Of a stretch of 64,000 nucleotides of DNA, positions 19,323 through 31,198 are shown piece after piece. The DNA is taken from positions 851,435 through 915,434 of the forward strand of contig JBGAHS010000002.1 of the NCBI GenBank assembly GCA_044226015.1. The letters are read 5' to 3'. The position numbers were made by a program, and so were the translations under genes. The notes under the pieces are model-generated. The model was not told the origin of the DNA, searched no databases, and saw only the letters and a program-made list of their open reading frames with translations. Numbering within the stretch: position 1 is the first letter of the stretch; each line of letters begins with the position of its first letter. Source of the stretch: Candidatus Obscuribacteraceae bacterium (GTDB taxonomy: Bacteria > Cyanobacteriota > Vampirovibrionia > Obscuribacterales > Obscuribacteraceae).

Positions 19323-19637
19323 ACTTTACCGATCATAGGTGCTCATTATTGTATTTGCATGACTTGTTCGAGACGAACTTGCAATGCCGAAATATTCAAA
19401 CTGCCGCACTTGCACAATCAATTTTCCCGGCTGAAAATTCGGGTTATTCCTATTGCTTTAGCATCCATCGCGATCTACCTTTTCACAAGACATTAAACCT
19501 TCTAATTTCGGCATTAGCGGGAATTTCAAGAGGTGCTGCGAGCGCTAAAATTACAGCTATTCATCTCACAGAAATTATCAAGCGATGCAGGTTTTTATTG
19601 CCGCATTGCGAGTGTTTTCCCTAAAATTGGTGCATCC

Positions 19638-22600
19638 ATGCAAAAGAAACAAGTTTACTCACTCATTGCAGTCTTAATGTGCTTATCAATGGTTATTGAG
19701 CCTGCATCTGTGGCTGCATCTCTTGAAAGAAATAATTCAAAGAAGAGCCTTGCCATGCGCAGATTTCTTCCACCACCAATAACTAACTCGAATGATAATA
19801 CAGTCGAGTTTGATCTATCAGAAGGTGCCGAAAAGATTGAGCACGAAGCCGGCAACAAAGTTGTAGTAGCTACATCCATTCCAGCTGCAAGATTGCAAAA
19901 TCTTTTGAAACGATTGCCACCACAAGAGGCTAATCAGAAGTCAGATGAATTCAATATTCCGCCGAACCCGACTGTTCCACCTAAGCCTGGAAAAATTGTA
20001 AACGTAGAGTTTCCGCCGAAAGAATCTCTAGCGCCACCACAGAAGGTGCGCAAAATCACTTCTCCATTGACGGTATTGCGAAAGAGTCCTGAGGGAAATA
20101 CAGCAAACATTGACCAGGTGAGTGTAACATTCTCTCAGCCAATGGTGCCAATCGCAGATGCCGAGTCTGAGGTTCTTGCCCAGCGACTACCTTTGAAAAT
20201 GAGCCCTCAGCCGAAAGGAAAATGGCGCTGGCAAGGCACGCAAACTTTAGTTTTTACGCCCGAAAATAAATTGCTTCCGAAGGCTACAACTTATAAACTC
20301 GTCATTGAAAAAGGGACGAAATCAGAACTTGGAAATGCTCTGGAAAACGGCGTAAGCTGGACCATCAACACACCAGCACCAACAATAAGATCATTTTTCC
20401 CTAACGACCGGAATTCAAATTATGTAGGACGAAAACTAAACCAAATAATGCTGATTAGCTTCGATCAAAAAATTGATCCGAAAGCAGTTCTTGCTTGCAT
20501 CAATGTCAGTGAAAATAAGGTTAGCAAACAAATAAGACTGGCTAGCGAAGAAGAAATAAATGCTGACGAAGAAATAAAGCTTCAATCAACTTCCCTGCCC
20601 GCAGGCACGTGGCTTGCAGTTCGCGCGACTGAAAAATTCCAGCCAGCACAAGCAATTCATATAACTGTAGGTCCAAATATTCCATCAACAGAGGGTCCTC
20701 TCACCCAAAAAGCAGCATGGAACTACGACTTTTCGACATATCACCCCCTGGGCATTAAGAATGCTTATGATGCTTACTCAAGCTCGGGAAGCTTGACGGT
20801 AACATTCAATAACAGACTCGATACCAAACTCTTTAAACCAGAGATGGTAAAAACAAGTCCTGATATCAAAGAAAAGCGCATTATGGTGAATGATACCAGC
20901 ATCTATATTTATGGCGCCCTGCAAGTCGAGCAAACCTATACAATTACAATAGACAAAGCAATCACTGATATTTACGGACAGACTCTGGGCAGCGACAAAT
21001 CTGTAAAGGCAAAGGTTCGACCGTCATCTCCACAGTTGGTTAACCCAGAGAAGAACATGGTTATCTTGCAACCAAGCAAGAAACCATCATTTTCATTTTT
21101 GAGTTCCAACCATGCACAAGTGAAAGTGAGCGCCTACGCTGCTAGCGGAGCCGCTGATTTCCGCAAATACTTGAGCTCGACGCAAAACTACGCAGAGTGG
21201 CACGAGAAACCGGAAGACTACCGCGAGTTTCAAGGATTCAAAACACTGAGCAGCAAAATCATCAAGATTGACAAATCGGCAGATCAATTCAATGAAACAG
21301 TTGTTGATTTAAGCCCCTACCTGAAAAATGGAATAGGTCATGTAATTCTCACAGCAGAGTCATGGCCCCGCAAAAAAGATCAAGTGCAGAGATTTGCTAT
21401 ATGGATTCAATGCAGTAAAATCGGATTAGATTATTTCACCGACAGTCGCAAGTTGGTCGCTATAGCAAGCAGTCTTGAGGATGGAAGCCCACTGAGCGAT
21501 GTTCAAATTAAAACAGAGGGGAAAACTCCCAACGAAGGAAAAACAGATAAGGATGGGATTTTCCAAACACCTTTTAACCGTACAGTTCCATCAATACTAA
21601 TTGCTCGCAAAAACGACGACGAAACGTTCTTGCCAAGCAACCCGGGCTACATAAGCGATGACTCAGAACCCTACAACACGGTAAATCATCAGGACTTATT
21701 GCGCTGGTACACAGTAACTGATCGCAACCTATATAAGCCGGGCGAGACACTAAAAGCAAAGGGTTGGATTCGCAGATTTGGCAATGGACCCAAAGGTGAT
21801 TTAAGTATTCAAGACGGACTGAACGGCAAAACAATCAGCTACCGAGTTACAGACGGGTTTGGCGTTGAGCTGGGCAAGGGCGAAACCAAAGCGGACGAGG
21901 CTGGCGGATTCACATTCAATTTCGACATTCCCAAAACTGCCAACCTTGGAAATGCATTTATAGAGATAAACAGTTCGGCCCCTTCGAGTGTCGAAAACAC
22001 ATCTACAAGTCTTTCCTTCCAGATTCAGGAATTCCGAAGACCAGAATTTGAGCTCAAAGTCAAAACATCACAAGGCAGTATGGTTCTTGGCGATAAGGCT
22101 GCTGTCACGGCGTCTGCAAACTATTTTGCTGGTGGCGCTCTGGCTGATGCTCCCTTGCACTGGGATGTACAGGCGAACGAAACGAATTATTCGCCCGCAG
22201 GTTGGGACGACTATGTGTTCGGCAAGCAGATGCGCATTTTCAGATTTTTTGACTACGGCATAGCCCCTGCAATCGGTGGAAGCTCACATGCTTACTTCGA
22301 TGGAAAAACTGACGGGACAGGCAAGCATACTCTCGATTTAAAAATCAAAACACTGAAACAGCCTTTTCCAGAATCCATCATTGTTGAGGGAACAGTGACC
22401 GATGTAAATCGGCAGACCTGGACCGACAAAGCAACAATGATTTTGCACCCCGCCGACAATTACATCGGCATTCATAACAATAAACAATTCTACAAAGCAG
22501 ATGAGCCCATCAAGCTAGACGCAATCGTCACCGACCTTGATGGCAAAGCCATCGGCGGGCGAAAGGTTCATATTGATGTTAGCCGCGAAGCTATGGTTAT

Positions 22601-25600
22601 GAAAGACAACCAGTGGAAAAGCGAAGACGAAGTGCTAGTCAGCAACGAGATAAACTCTTCCAGCAAACCAGAAACATGGGAATTCAACCTGAGCAAAGGC
22701 GGAAACATCAAAGTTTCAGCAGTGGTCATTGACGAGAAAGGCAGAAAAAACAAGACAGAACTCTCGTTCTGGCGTGAGGATAAGCAGCCCAAAACGCAAG
22801 ACAAAGTTGAGCAGGGCAAAATTCTTTTGCTTGCAGACCGCAAAACATACGCGCCGGGCGATACTGCCGAAATTATGATACAGGCGCCTTTTGCAAAAGC
22901 CAAAGGAGTTGTGAGTGTTAGACACAACGGCATTTTGGACTCATTCCCAATTGCACTCCAGGAAGCGAGTGGCTCCGTCAAAATTCCTATCACCGAAAAC
23001 TTCATGCCAAACGCACAAATTCAGGTTGACCTCGATGGTGCATCCTGTGCTTACGCATCAGGCAGCTTGGAGCTAAGCGTGCCGGCAGAAATCAGACAGA
23101 TCAAAATGGAAGTATCTCCTGCCGAGAAAGCGCTTGCACCCGGGGCAAGCACAAAACTCTCATTTAAGTTACACGATAACAAAGGCCAAGCCCTCAACAA
23201 CGCGCAAATCGCAGTAGCGGTTGTAGATGAGTCAGTTCTGGCACTTTCGAATTATGACTGGGCTGATCCCCTTTCCATTTTCTATGTCAATACGTCATCG
23301 GAAACAAGCGATTACCACAGTCGTGAATACGTCTTATTGAACAAGAAACCTGAGGCACCAAAAGAGGGTCCTGCTGCATCTCTCGCGCCGCCATCAGCGC
23401 CAGTTGCTGGCGGAGTCGACCGAGGCTTCGGCTCTGCTGGAGGAGGAGAAGTCATGCAACTTGCAGCACCAGCCTCCGCAGAAGAGAAAGGAAACTTCGC
23501 CGCGCCAAGAATGCAAATGGCTAGAGCAAAATCAGCCATGCTGGCTGACGCCCGTGATTTCAAGGACGGCGCCGACCCGCAACCCAAAATTGCTCTAAGA
23601 ACCAATTTCGATAGTCTTGCTTACTTCAACCCGAACCTACTTACAGATTCATCTGGAGAAGCCAGCGTCGAAGTAAAACTGCCAGACAATCTGACGCGTT
23701 ATCGAGTCATGGCAGTCGCAGTTTCAGGAGAAAAGCTTTGCGGTAAAGGTGCCACCACAATTACAGCCCGGCTGCCGTTGATGGTTCGCCCATCAGCTCC
23801 TCGCTTCTTAAATTTTGGCGACAAGTGCGAAATGCCAGTAGTCCTTCAAAATCAAACTGACCATGAGATGAGCGTAGACCTGGGGCTGAGGTCAAGCAAT
23901 CTCAAATTCGTTCCTGAAGCAGGTCCTGCAGGTGCAGCAAGTGGGCTTGACACGGCACACTTATCTGGAGGAACAGTAATCGTTCCGCCAAATGATAGAG
24001 TCGAAGTGAGATTCCCAATGGTCACCGAAGATGATGGCACTGCGAAAATTGACGTAGCTGCCAGCAGCGAGGCATACTCCGACGCTGCAAACGTAAACCT
24101 GCCAGTATATACCCCCGCCACTACTCACGCATTTGCAGCATATGGACAAATAGATGAGGGCGGCGCAGAACAAACATATGAATTGCCAAAAGATGTTTAT
24201 GATCAGATTGGCGGGCTCGAACTAAGCACGAGCAGCACCGCACTGCAATCGCTCACAGATGCATACATCTATTTGCACAATTATTCATTTGCTTGTTCAG
24301 AGCAATTGTCTTCTAGAATTCTTGCTACGGTGGCTTTGCAAAATGTTCTTGCGGCATTTAATAAAATGACGGCAACAGAAATCGCAGCTGTTAAATCCAG
24401 AACGCAAGAAGAGCTGAACGAGCTGGGCAAACGTCAAAACTATGATGGCAGCTTTGGTTTGTGGAAACAAAATGAATCGCATACATGGCCATTCTTAACA
24501 GTACAAGTCACGCGTGCTCTTTATGAGGCAAAACAAAAGAAATATGATGTCTCTGACGCGGTTTTAAGCCGAGCTCAATATTATTTAAAGGCAATCGATT
24601 CACACCTGCCGAGCAAGGAATATAACGTATTCACCAAGCGCTCGATTCAAGCTTACGCCTTGTTCGTAAGACATTTGATGAAAGATGAGCAACCGGAACT
24701 TGCACGAAATCTGGTCAAAACAGCACTTGCCTCATATGACAGCAAAGACTACACATTCCGCCGCAGCGGTGGTGAGCCGGTGAAAGGTATGAGCGACCAG
24801 GACAAATTACTTCAGGTTTTTTCGATGGAAACACTGGGCTGGCTCCTTCCAGTTTTGTCTGCCAAAAACAGTGACTCAAGCGAACTAAAACTAGTTCGTA
24901 CCGCCATCGCATCACACATCAGAGAAACTGCGTCATTAGCAGAAATCAAAGACGACGGTTATGGAGACTGCGATTACTTTGTCTTCTATTCATCACCGAG
25001 AATGAATGCCACCATTTTGGAAGCTCTCATTATGGATCAACCCAAGAATGATGTGATACCAAAATTAGCGGGCGCTCTACTGGCACACCGCAAAGCAGGA
25101 AAGTGGGAAAGCACCCAGGAAAACTGCACGGCGTTGTTGGCACTGAACAGATACTTCGAAACCTATGAGAAGCAGGTTCCAGATTTTGTGGTAAATGCCT
25201 GGCTTGGAGATAGATTCATCAGTTCCTCAAAATTCCAGGGCCGCAGCGTGGATACAAATGTAACCAGAATTCCGATGCGATATTTGCAGGAGCACAAACA
25301 AGATAAGGACATTCTCGTTTCGAAAACAGGTAAAGGAAGACTCTATTATCGACTCGCTCTGAACTATGCTCCACGAAATTTACGATTACCGACTTTCGAT
25401 AATGGCTTCGAAGTAAAACGAACTTATGAGGCGGTAGACAATACATCAGATGTAAGAAAAGATGCAGATGGCACATGGCATTTCAAAGCTGGTGCTACAG
25501 TCAAAGCCAAAATAACCTTGCAGGTTCCAGGGCAAAGATTCCACGTTGCACTTACAGACCCTTTCCCCGCAGGTATGGAACCTATCAATGCTGAACTGGC

Positions 25601-25895
25601 TGGCAATAAAACCATTCACCCAGAACTAAAAGGCGGCTCAGGTTCTGAAGACAGCGGCTCTGGCATCGCGCCGTATTGGCGCTGGTGGAACTGGCGCTGG
25701 TACGAGCACCAGAATCTTCGCGATTTCAGAGCAGAAGCCTTCACTTCAGCTCTCTGGGGAGGCAAATATGAATACAGCTACCTTATGCGTGCCACTACAC
25801 CTGGTGATTACCTTGCGCCTCCCTGCAAAGCCGAGGAGATGTACACACCTGAAACTTTTGGCAGAGCACAATCCGAGCACGTAATAATCGAATAG
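19638..25895 (+). CDS. Bacterial alpha-2-macroglobulin family protein
   Basis: ~2085 aa, signal peptide from MQKKQ (ATG 19638), Ig-like N-terminus, TDRNLYKPGE, QEFRRPEF, LPDNLTRYR, PRFLNFGD, thioester motif CSEQ, EEMYTPE. Confidence 0.93.
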   Translation: MQKKQVYSLIAVLMCLSMVIEPASVAASLERNNSKKSLAMRRFLPPPITNSNDNTVEFDLSEGAEKIEHEAGNKVVVATSIPAARLQNLLKRLPPQEANQKSDEFNIPPNPTVPPKPGKIVNVEFPPKESLAPPQKVRKITSPLTVLRKSPEGNTANIDQVSVTFSQPMVPIADAESEVLAQRLPLKMSPQPKGKWRWQGTQTLVFTPENKLLPKATTYKLVIEKGTKSELGNALENGVSWTINTPAPTIRSFFPNDRNSNYVGRKLNQIMLISFDQKIDPKAVLACINVSENKVSKQIRLASEEEINADEEIKLQSTSLPAGTWLAVRATEKFQPAQAIHITVGPNIPSTEGPLTQKAAWNYDFSTYHPLGIKNAYDAYSSSGSLTVTFNNRLDTKLFKPEMVKTSPDIKEKRIMVNDTSIYIYGALQVEQTYTITIDKAITDIYGQTLGSDKSVKAKVRPSSPQLVNPEKNMVILQPSKKPSFSFLSSNHAQVKVSAYAASGAADFRKYLSSTQNYAEWHEKPEDYREFQGFKTLSSKIIKIDKSADQFNETVVDLSPYLKNGIGHVILTAESWPRKKDQVQRFAIWIQCSKIGLDYFTDSRKLVAIASSLEDGSPLSDVQIKTEGKTPNEGKTDKDGIFQTPFNRTVPSILIARKNDDETFLPSNPGYISDDSEPYNTVNHQDLLRWYTVTDRNLYKPGETLKAKGWIRRFGNGPKGDLSIQDGLNGKTISYRVTDGFGVELGKGETKADEAGGFTFNFDIPKTANLGNAFIEINSSAPSSVENTSTSLSFQIQEFRRPEFELKVKTSQGSMVLGDKAAVTASANYFAGGALADAPLHWDVQANETNYSPAGWDDYVFGKQMRIFRFFDYGIAPAIGGSSHAYFDGKTDGTGKHTLDLKIKTLKQPFPESIIVEGTVTDVNRQTWTDKATMILHPADNYIGIHNNKQFYKADEPIKLDAIVTDLDGKAIGGRKVHIDVSREAMVMKDNQWKSEDEVLVSNEINSSSKPETWEFNLSKGGNIKVSAVVIDEKGRKNKTELSFWREDKQPKTQDKVEQGKILLLADRKTYAPGDTAEIMIQAPFAKAKGVVSVRHNGILDSFPIALQEASGSVKIPITENFMPNAQIQVDLDGASCAYASGSLELSVPAEIRQIKMEVSPAEKALAPGASTKLSFKLHDNKGQALNNAQIAVAVVDESVLALSNYDWADPLSIFYVNTSSETSDYHSREYVLLNKKPEAPKEGPAASLAPPSAPVAGGVDRGFGSAGGGEVMQLAAPASAEEKGNFAAPRMQMARAKSAMLADARDFKDGADPQPKIALRTNFDSLAYFNPNLLTDSSGEASVEVKLPDNLTRYRVMAVAVSGEKLCGKGATTITARLPLMVRPSAPRFLNFGDKCEMPVVLQNQTDHEMSVDLGLRSSNLKFVPEAGPAGAASGLDTAHLSGGTVIVPPNDRVEVRFPMVTEDDGTAKIDVAASSEAYSDAANVNLPVYTPATTHAFAAYGQIDEGGAEQTYELPKDVYDQIGGLELSTSSTALQSLTDAYIYLHNYSFACSEQLSSRILATVALQNVLAAFNKMTATEIAAVKSRTQEELNELGKRQNYDGSFGLWKQNESHTWPFLTVQVTRALYEAKQKKYDVSDAVLSRAQYYLKAIDSHLPSKEYNVFTKRSIQAYALFVRHLMKDEQPELARNLVKTALASYDSKDYTFRRSGGEPVKGMSDQDKLLQVFSMETLGWLLPVLSAKNSDSSELKLVRTAIASHIRETASLAEIKDDGYGDCDYFVFYSSPRMNATILEALIMDQPKNDVIPKLAGALLAHRKAGKWESTQENCTALLALNRYFETYEKQVPDFVVNAWLGDRFISSSKFQGRSVDTNVTRIPMRYLQEHKQDKDILVSKTGKGRLYYRLALNYAPRNLRLPTFDNGFEVKRTYEAVDNTSDVRKDADGTWHFKAGATVKAKITLQVPGQRFHVALTDPFPAGMEPINAELAGNKTIHPELKGGSGSEDSGSGIAPYWRWWNWRWYEHQNLRDFRAEAFTSALWGGKYEYSYLMRATTPGDYLAPPCKAEEMYTPETFGRAQSEHVIIE

Positions 25896-25911
25896 GCTCC
25901 AGGAGAAGAAA

Positions 25912-26889
25912 ATGCATCCGCCCTACTTAGGCAAATACATGAGCCTGCTTGGTGTCCCTATTCAGGGCATGGGTACCACCCACGAATTGAATCACCTGAA
26001 TAGTGTTACTAGCGATAAAAATCCTGCTCATAACACAATATCAGGGCTCGTTCTAGCTTCTGCTATAGCTTTGAGTTCCAGCCTGATTGTGAATTCTGTC
26101 TTCAGTGCCAGCCCAGCCGCTGAAATCTCTCACACAGAACAAAAGTCAAAACAAAACGGCGCCTCAAACACACTCAACGACAAGAATAGATCTGCAGCAA
26201 CGACGGATTCAACAACCGGCAACGAAACACATTCTGGAGAAAATCTCAAAGCGTTACCGATGAAACACTTCGGCACGGTTTCTGCCGCGCTCAGTGAATA
26301 TGGCAACACAGTGCGCTCTAAACTAAAACCAGCTTTCAATAAATTGAATGTTTCCTATCCGCCTCTTGAGCAAAAATGGGTCTGCTTGAAAGAAGAGAAA
26401 ATGCTCTTTATTTTTGCCTTAGACAGAAAAGGAAAAATGAAAAGAGTACTTTCCTATCCAATTATTGGTGCAAGCGGCGTAGCTGGTCCCAAATTAAAAG
26501 AGGGTGATAAGCAAGTCCCCGAGGGATTCTACAAATTTGATGGCTTTCGTCCGAATGTGATAGCTCACCTCGGACTTTCTGTAAATTATCCAAACGCCGA
26601 AGACAAAGCACACGCAAAAGCAGAAAAGCGCAGCAATTTAGGAAAAGACATTCTCATTCATGGAAGCAGATGGTCAACCGGTTGCCTCGCTATGGGCAAC
26701 GAGCCCATAGAAGAAATGTTCGTGCTCACTCATGATAGTGGACTAGACGCAGTGAAGCTTGTTTTCGCGCCCTGCGATTTAACAAGAAAGGAAGCGCAGG
26801 TCGACTATAAACTCCAGCCAGAATGGCTAAGCCCGCTGTACAAACGTCTAAAAGATGAACTCATGCCACTGAGCAATCAGTTGAATTGA
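25912..26889 (+). CDS. L,D-transpeptidase (YkuD) family protein, YafK/DpaA-like
   Basis: GPKLKEGDKQVPEGFY, NYPN, ILIHGSRWSTGCLAM (His/Cys catalytic motif); 16 bp after the A2M gene. Confidence 0.85.
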   Translation: MHPPYLGKYMSLLGVPIQGMGTTHELNHLNSVTSDKNPAHNTISGLVLASAIALSSSLIVNSVFSASPAAEISHTEQKSKQNGASNTLNDKNRSAATTDSTTGNETHSGENLKALPMKHFGTVSAALSEYGNTVRSKLKPAFNKLNVSYPPLEQKWVCLKEEKMLFIFALDRKGKMKRVLSYPIIGASGVAGPKLKEGDKQVPEGFYKFDGFRPNVIAHLGLSVNYPNAEDKAHAKAEKRSNLGKDILIHGSRWSTGCLAMGNEPIEEMFVLTHDSGLDAVKLVFAPCDLTRKEAQVDYKLQPEWLSPLYKRLKDELMPLSNQLN

Positions 26890-27054
26890 TGCTGATAGTT
26901 CCAACCTTTCTGAACTGCTCAATTCCACAGGCGCCTTCCAAAAGCATTTCGGTGCAAGATTTTCAAGCAACTCAGCCGGAATACGAAGATTGAAAGTAAC
27001 GTAATTCCACGATTTTCATTCCGATTCGCGTCAATAAAATCTATCGATGTTAGG

Positions 27055-27594
27055 TTGGTTGGAATTGGAAAAAGAGTGAACAATGAATTTCTCAAGGAAT
27101 GCAAAGCAGCATTTCCAGACTTACAAAACGGCGAACAAACTATCTCACTCACCTCATTGCTAGATGGAAGCAGCAAGAACGGCGAGAAAACAAATCTAGT
27201 CGAACTAGATACAAATCGAGAAGCGATGCTCCAAAAATATGGATTCGCTTCCTCAGGCTCAATGTTGATTGACAAAGCTCAACTTGGAGCAAAATGCACA
27301 CAGGAATACAAAGCAGAACTAGAAGACCAGTTCGTAAAAAGAACACTAGATGATGCTGAAGCGAAGATGGCTGAGGCAATCCTAAACGGCAAGAAGAGTT
27401 TCACTCTGCTCGACCTCGGTCAAGGCAAACAAAGCTTTGACACGGTTTATTCTGCTCCCAAACTCTCCGATAGCCAACAAAAAATCCTCGACGGCATCAA
27501 CGCAAAACAAGCGCTGAAAGCTGAAGTTAAAGCTGTAGAGCCACAGAGAAAAAACTACGTAATCGAGGTTTCCTTGCGAGATAAATCCAAATAG
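27055..27594 (+). CDS. Hypothetical protein
   Basis: 179 aa ORF in a gap between genes; start uncertain. Confidence 0.6.
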   Translation: MVGIGKRVNNEFLKECKAAFPDLQNGEQTISLTSLLDGSSKNGEKTNLVELDTNREAMLQKYGFASSGSMLIDKAQLGAKCTQEYKAELEDQFVKRTLDDAEAKMAEAILNGKKSFTLLDLGQGKQSFDTVYSAPKLSDSQQKILDGINAKQALKAEVKAVEPQRKNYVIEVSLRDKSK

Positions 27595-27669
27595 CACGAA
27601 TGCATATTTTGAATTAATTCATTCAAGCAAAATCAATTGGTGCAACCGATCCTGAATCGACAAAATGAA

Positions 27670-27699
27670 CAGGGGGCTGTGATTAATCACAACCCCCTG
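27670..27699. terminator. Hairpin between convergent genes
   Basis: CAGGGGGCTGTGATT/AATCACAACCCCCTG; a second weaker hairpin follows at ~27716-27746. Confidence 0.6.
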
Positions 27700-27753
27700 C
27701 GCTCCCTTTTAATAACCGGAAGCCACAAATCAGCGTGGCTACCGTTTCTCAAA

Positions 27754-29727
27754 CTAGTTGCTAGATGTCACTTCGGCATCAATGATGTCGTCTGACCCAT
27801 GACTTGAGCTAGCTTTCGGAGCACCATATCCACCACCACCAAAAGGACCGCTATTTGCTCCGAACGGACCGTTAGCAAATGGATTGTTTGCACCTGCTGC
27901 GGCTCCGGCATGCTGCTGTTGAGCGTTCTGAGCGGCTTGCTGCTGGACTTGATTGACTACGTTCTTCATCTCGTCGAGAAGATTCTTGATTTTGCTTACT
28001 TCTGCATTAGCTTTCAAACTAGCCTTGAGTTCGTCAAGGACTATATGCGCTTTAGATGCATCAACAGGCACATTGTTGTCTTTCAAATCTTTCAGTTGAC
28101 GCTCAACCGAGTAACAAACTGAGTCAGCCTCATTTCGAACATCTGCACGTTCTTTGAGTTCGCGATCGCTGACTGCATTGGTTTCAGCCTCTTTCACCAT
28201 TCGCTCAATATCTTCCTTAGTGAGGTTTGTACTTGCGGTTATGGTGATTTTTTGCTCTTTCTGAGTGGAAAGGTCTTTAGCCGTAACATTCAAAATTCCG
28301 TTAGCGTCGATATCAAAAGCCACTTCAATCTGAGGAGTACCTCTTTGAGCAGGCGCGATACCTTCAAGGCGGAAATCTCCAAGCAGTTTGTTATCACGTG
28401 CCATCGGACGTTCACCCTGGAAGACATAGATGTCTACGGCAGGTTGCATATCTTCAGCAGTTGAGAACACCTGAGACTTGTGGGTCGGTATAGTTGTATT
28501 TTTCTCAACTAACTTGGTGAAGACTCCTCCCATGGTTTCGAGTCCCAGAGACAATGGAGTTACGTCGAGAAGTACAACGTCTTTGACTTCACCAGCAAGA
28601 ACTCCGGCTTGAACAGCGGCTCCTACTGCCACCACCTCGTCCGGGTTCACGCTCTGATTAGGCTCTTTGCCACCACTCAAAGTGCGCACCAGTTCTTGCA
28701 CCGCAGGAATACGTGTTGAACCGCCGACCAATACAACCTCATCGATTTCTGATGTAGAAATCTTTGCGTCTTTGATTGCTTGCTCAACCGGCTTGCGGCA
28801 ACGCTCGACTAATTGACGAGTCAGTTCGTTGAATTTAGAACGATTGATTTTGCAATCCAGATGCTTAGGTCCGTCAGCATTGGCTGTAATGAATGGCAGA
28901 GATACAGATGCTTCTGTGATAGAAGACAACTCAATCTTTGCCTTTTCGGCAGCCTCAGTCAAACGTTGCAATGCCTGAACATCTGCACGAAGGTCGATGC
29001 CCTCTTGCTTCTTAAATTCATCAGCAAGATAGTCAACGATACAACGGTCGAAGTCATCACCACCTAAATGAGTGTCACCGTGAGTTGCTTTAACTTCATA
29101 CAATCCATCGCCCACTTCCAGGATGGACACATCAAACGTGCCACCACCCAAGTCGAACACCATGATTGTGTGTTGCTTTGCCCCTTTATCCATACCGTAG
29201 GCAAGAGCAGCAGCTGTCGGCTCATTTATGATGCGCAGAACATCTAAGCCTGCAATAGTGCCAGCATTTTTTGTTGCCTGCCTTTGAGAGTCATTGAAGT
29301 ACGCGGGCACAGTTATAACAGCACTCGTCACCTTCTCGCCCAGATATTTTTCCGCATCTTCCTTCAGCTTGCGAAGGATCATTGCCGAGATTTCCTCTGG
29401 ACTATAATCACGTCCTTGAAGGGTAACTTTACAGCCACCATCTGGACCCTTAACGACTTTATATGAAACTAGATGACGCTCGGAATCGACTTCATCGAAA
29501 TGCCGACCCATAAACCTCTTTATTGAATAAACAGTGTTGGTCGGGTTTAAGACTGCCTGCCGTCGAGCTAGCTGTCCAACCAGGCGCTCACCAGATTTGC
29601 TAAATGCCACTACTGACGGAGTCGTTCTACCTCCCTCAGCGTTTGCAATAACGACAGGCTTACCACCTTCCATTACTGCCACAACCGAGTTCGTGGTGCC
29701 AAGGTCTATACCAACTGATTTTCCCAT
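27754..29727 (-). CDS. dnaK: Chaperone DnaK (Hsp70)
   Basis: [45 protein letters not shown]-terminal DDIIDAEV. Confidence 0.97.
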   Translation of the reverse strand: MGKSVGIDLGTTNSVVAVMEGGKPVVIANAEGGRTTPSVVAFSKSGERLVGQLARRQAVLNPTNTVYSIKRFMGRHFDEVDSERHLVSYKVVKGPDGGCKVTLQGRDYSPEEISAMILRKLKEDAEKYLGEKVTSAVITVPAYFNDSQRQATKNAGTIAGLDVLRIINEPTAAALAYGMDKGAKQHTIMVFDLGGGTFDVSILEVGDGLYEVKATHGDTHLGGDDFDRCIVDYLADEFKKQEGIDLRADVQALQRLTEAAEKAKIELSSITEASVSLPFITANADGPKHLDCKINRSKFNELTRQLVERCRKPVEQAIKDAKISTSEIDEVVLVGGSTRIPAVQELVRTLSGGKEPNQSVNPDEVVAVGAAVQAGVLAGEVKDVVLLDVTPLSLGLETMGGVFTKLVEKNTTIPTHKSQVFSTAEDMQPAVDIYVFQGERPMARDNKLLGDFRLEGIAPAQRGTPQIEVAFDIDANGILNVTAKDLSTQKEQKITITASTNLTKEDIERMVKEAETNAVSDRELKERADVRNEADSVCYSVERQLKDLKDNNVPVDASKAHIVLDELKASLKANAEVSKIKNLLDEMKNVVNQVQQQAAQNAQQQHAGAAAGANNPFANGPFGANSGPFGGGGYGAPKASSSHGSDDIIDAEVTSSN

Positions 29728-30056
29728 GTTTCAATCCCTCTTAGAGATGCCTAAACCTGCCCCAATCCACGGTTTGACCGTTAGCAACTGAGGTTTGCGC
29801 TGTTCGTTTTACCGAACCAATTTTTTCAAACTAAGCCAGAACGATAGGGAGCTATTACACTTTATTTCGAACTGGTCTCAGACGAAAGTTCGTCTATATT
29901 TTTCATACTACGTGAATGGAGTCATTCCGTAGTCATCAACAATTTCTTAACAGATTTCTCTTGAACACCGGACCCATATTTCCCGATTTCACTACATCTT
30001 GGGGACTTTCCCAGTTAAATTTCGGCTACCCCGAAAAAAGTGGTCCATATTGGAAA

Positions 30057-30752
30057 TTACTCTTTCAACTTATAGTCAAAAGGGAAGCTGTTCGTCTTTC
30101 CATCGGTGGTATCTTCAACATCAACATGCAGTGATTTTGCTCCAGTTTTCTTGTAGACCACTTTGACGTGATGATTTTTATTGCCATTATCAAAAGTCGC
30201 CTCCGAGTCTGATGAGCTGATCAACTTCAAATCTCCAGCCTCGTCTTTGTCCGCCCACGGCACAAAATCAGCATTCAAATGCTTCATCCGCAATACCGTG
30301 GTGTCAGCGAGCTTGACCACAGCAAGCAACTCATAGAATGTGGTGCGAGACTCTTTTATAAATCGACAATACCCCACGAGACTGTCACCCTGCGGTGCTG
30401 ACCATGCTTCCTCTACGTACGCTCCGGACGTGGTTCTACCCTCCCAAACACCTTGCATGAAAGCAAGCGATTTGAGACCAGCTGCGTGCTCTCTGCCAGC
30501 GTCGGTGGAAGGGTCTCGGTTTGCTTCCTCGCTTACCACTGGCTTCGGAGCTGCTGCAGGCGCCTCATCTTTTTTGGCGTCCTTAGTTGGGATAGGACTT
30601 TTTGACACTTCAGCTGCGTTGCCGGCTTGCACAAAGGCATTTGCCAGAAAACTGATGAACATTAGCGTCTTCACCAGGTGGCTCGTTGAAAATGTTATTT
30701 GCATATATGCCTCCAGATCTAGGCGAGTACAAAACAAGTCAGGCGAAAACAA
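30057..30752 (-). CDS. Secreted DUF6265-like protein
   Basis: Signal-like segment, then LAFMQGVWEG...VEEAWSAP.GDSLVG...LRMKH pattern; true start probably at MQITF. Confidence 0.65.
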   Translation of the reverse strand: MFSPDLFCTRLDLEAYMQITFSTSHLVKTLMFISFLANAFVQAGNAAEVSKSPIPTKDAKKDEAPAAAPKPVVSEEANRDPSTDAGREHAAGLKSLAFMQGVWEGRTTSGAYVEEAWSAPQGDSLVGYCRFIKESRTTFYELLAVVKLADTTVLRMKHLNADFVPWADKDEAGDLKLISSSDSEATFDNGNKNHHVKVVYKKTGAKSLHVDVEDTTDGKTNSFPFDYKLKE

Positions 30753-31198
30753 GCTTCCTCAGTTCCTCAGAACCGCTCATCGCTCGGATATTTGACGGAT
30801 GCTCTGACAAAAGAACTCTACAGCAACTCAAATTTTACGAGCAAGAAATTGATTAATGTGCCAATAGTAACAAGACTGGTAGCTTGCTTCGTTAGCGCAA
30901 ACTCTATCGCTAACACAGCGTCCAATTTTGCCTCTGCTTCTCGGAAGCCTTTACTGCTATGTCGTTTCGAGCGAAAAGGCAACTGAGCTAGAAGCTCGAT
31001 GGCAGCTGACTCAAGGCTACCCTAACCATTTCCTCAGTTTATTTAATTCAACTTGTCAAAATATCCGTAAATTGGGGGTTTGCCGATTCTTCCCGATAAA
31101 TTACAGTACTCGGGGAATTCCACCACTGACAAAAGGCTAGTTGTCATGTAGTGTTTAACCATCAAAATACTGGCGTATCTAGAATTGGCGTAATATCA

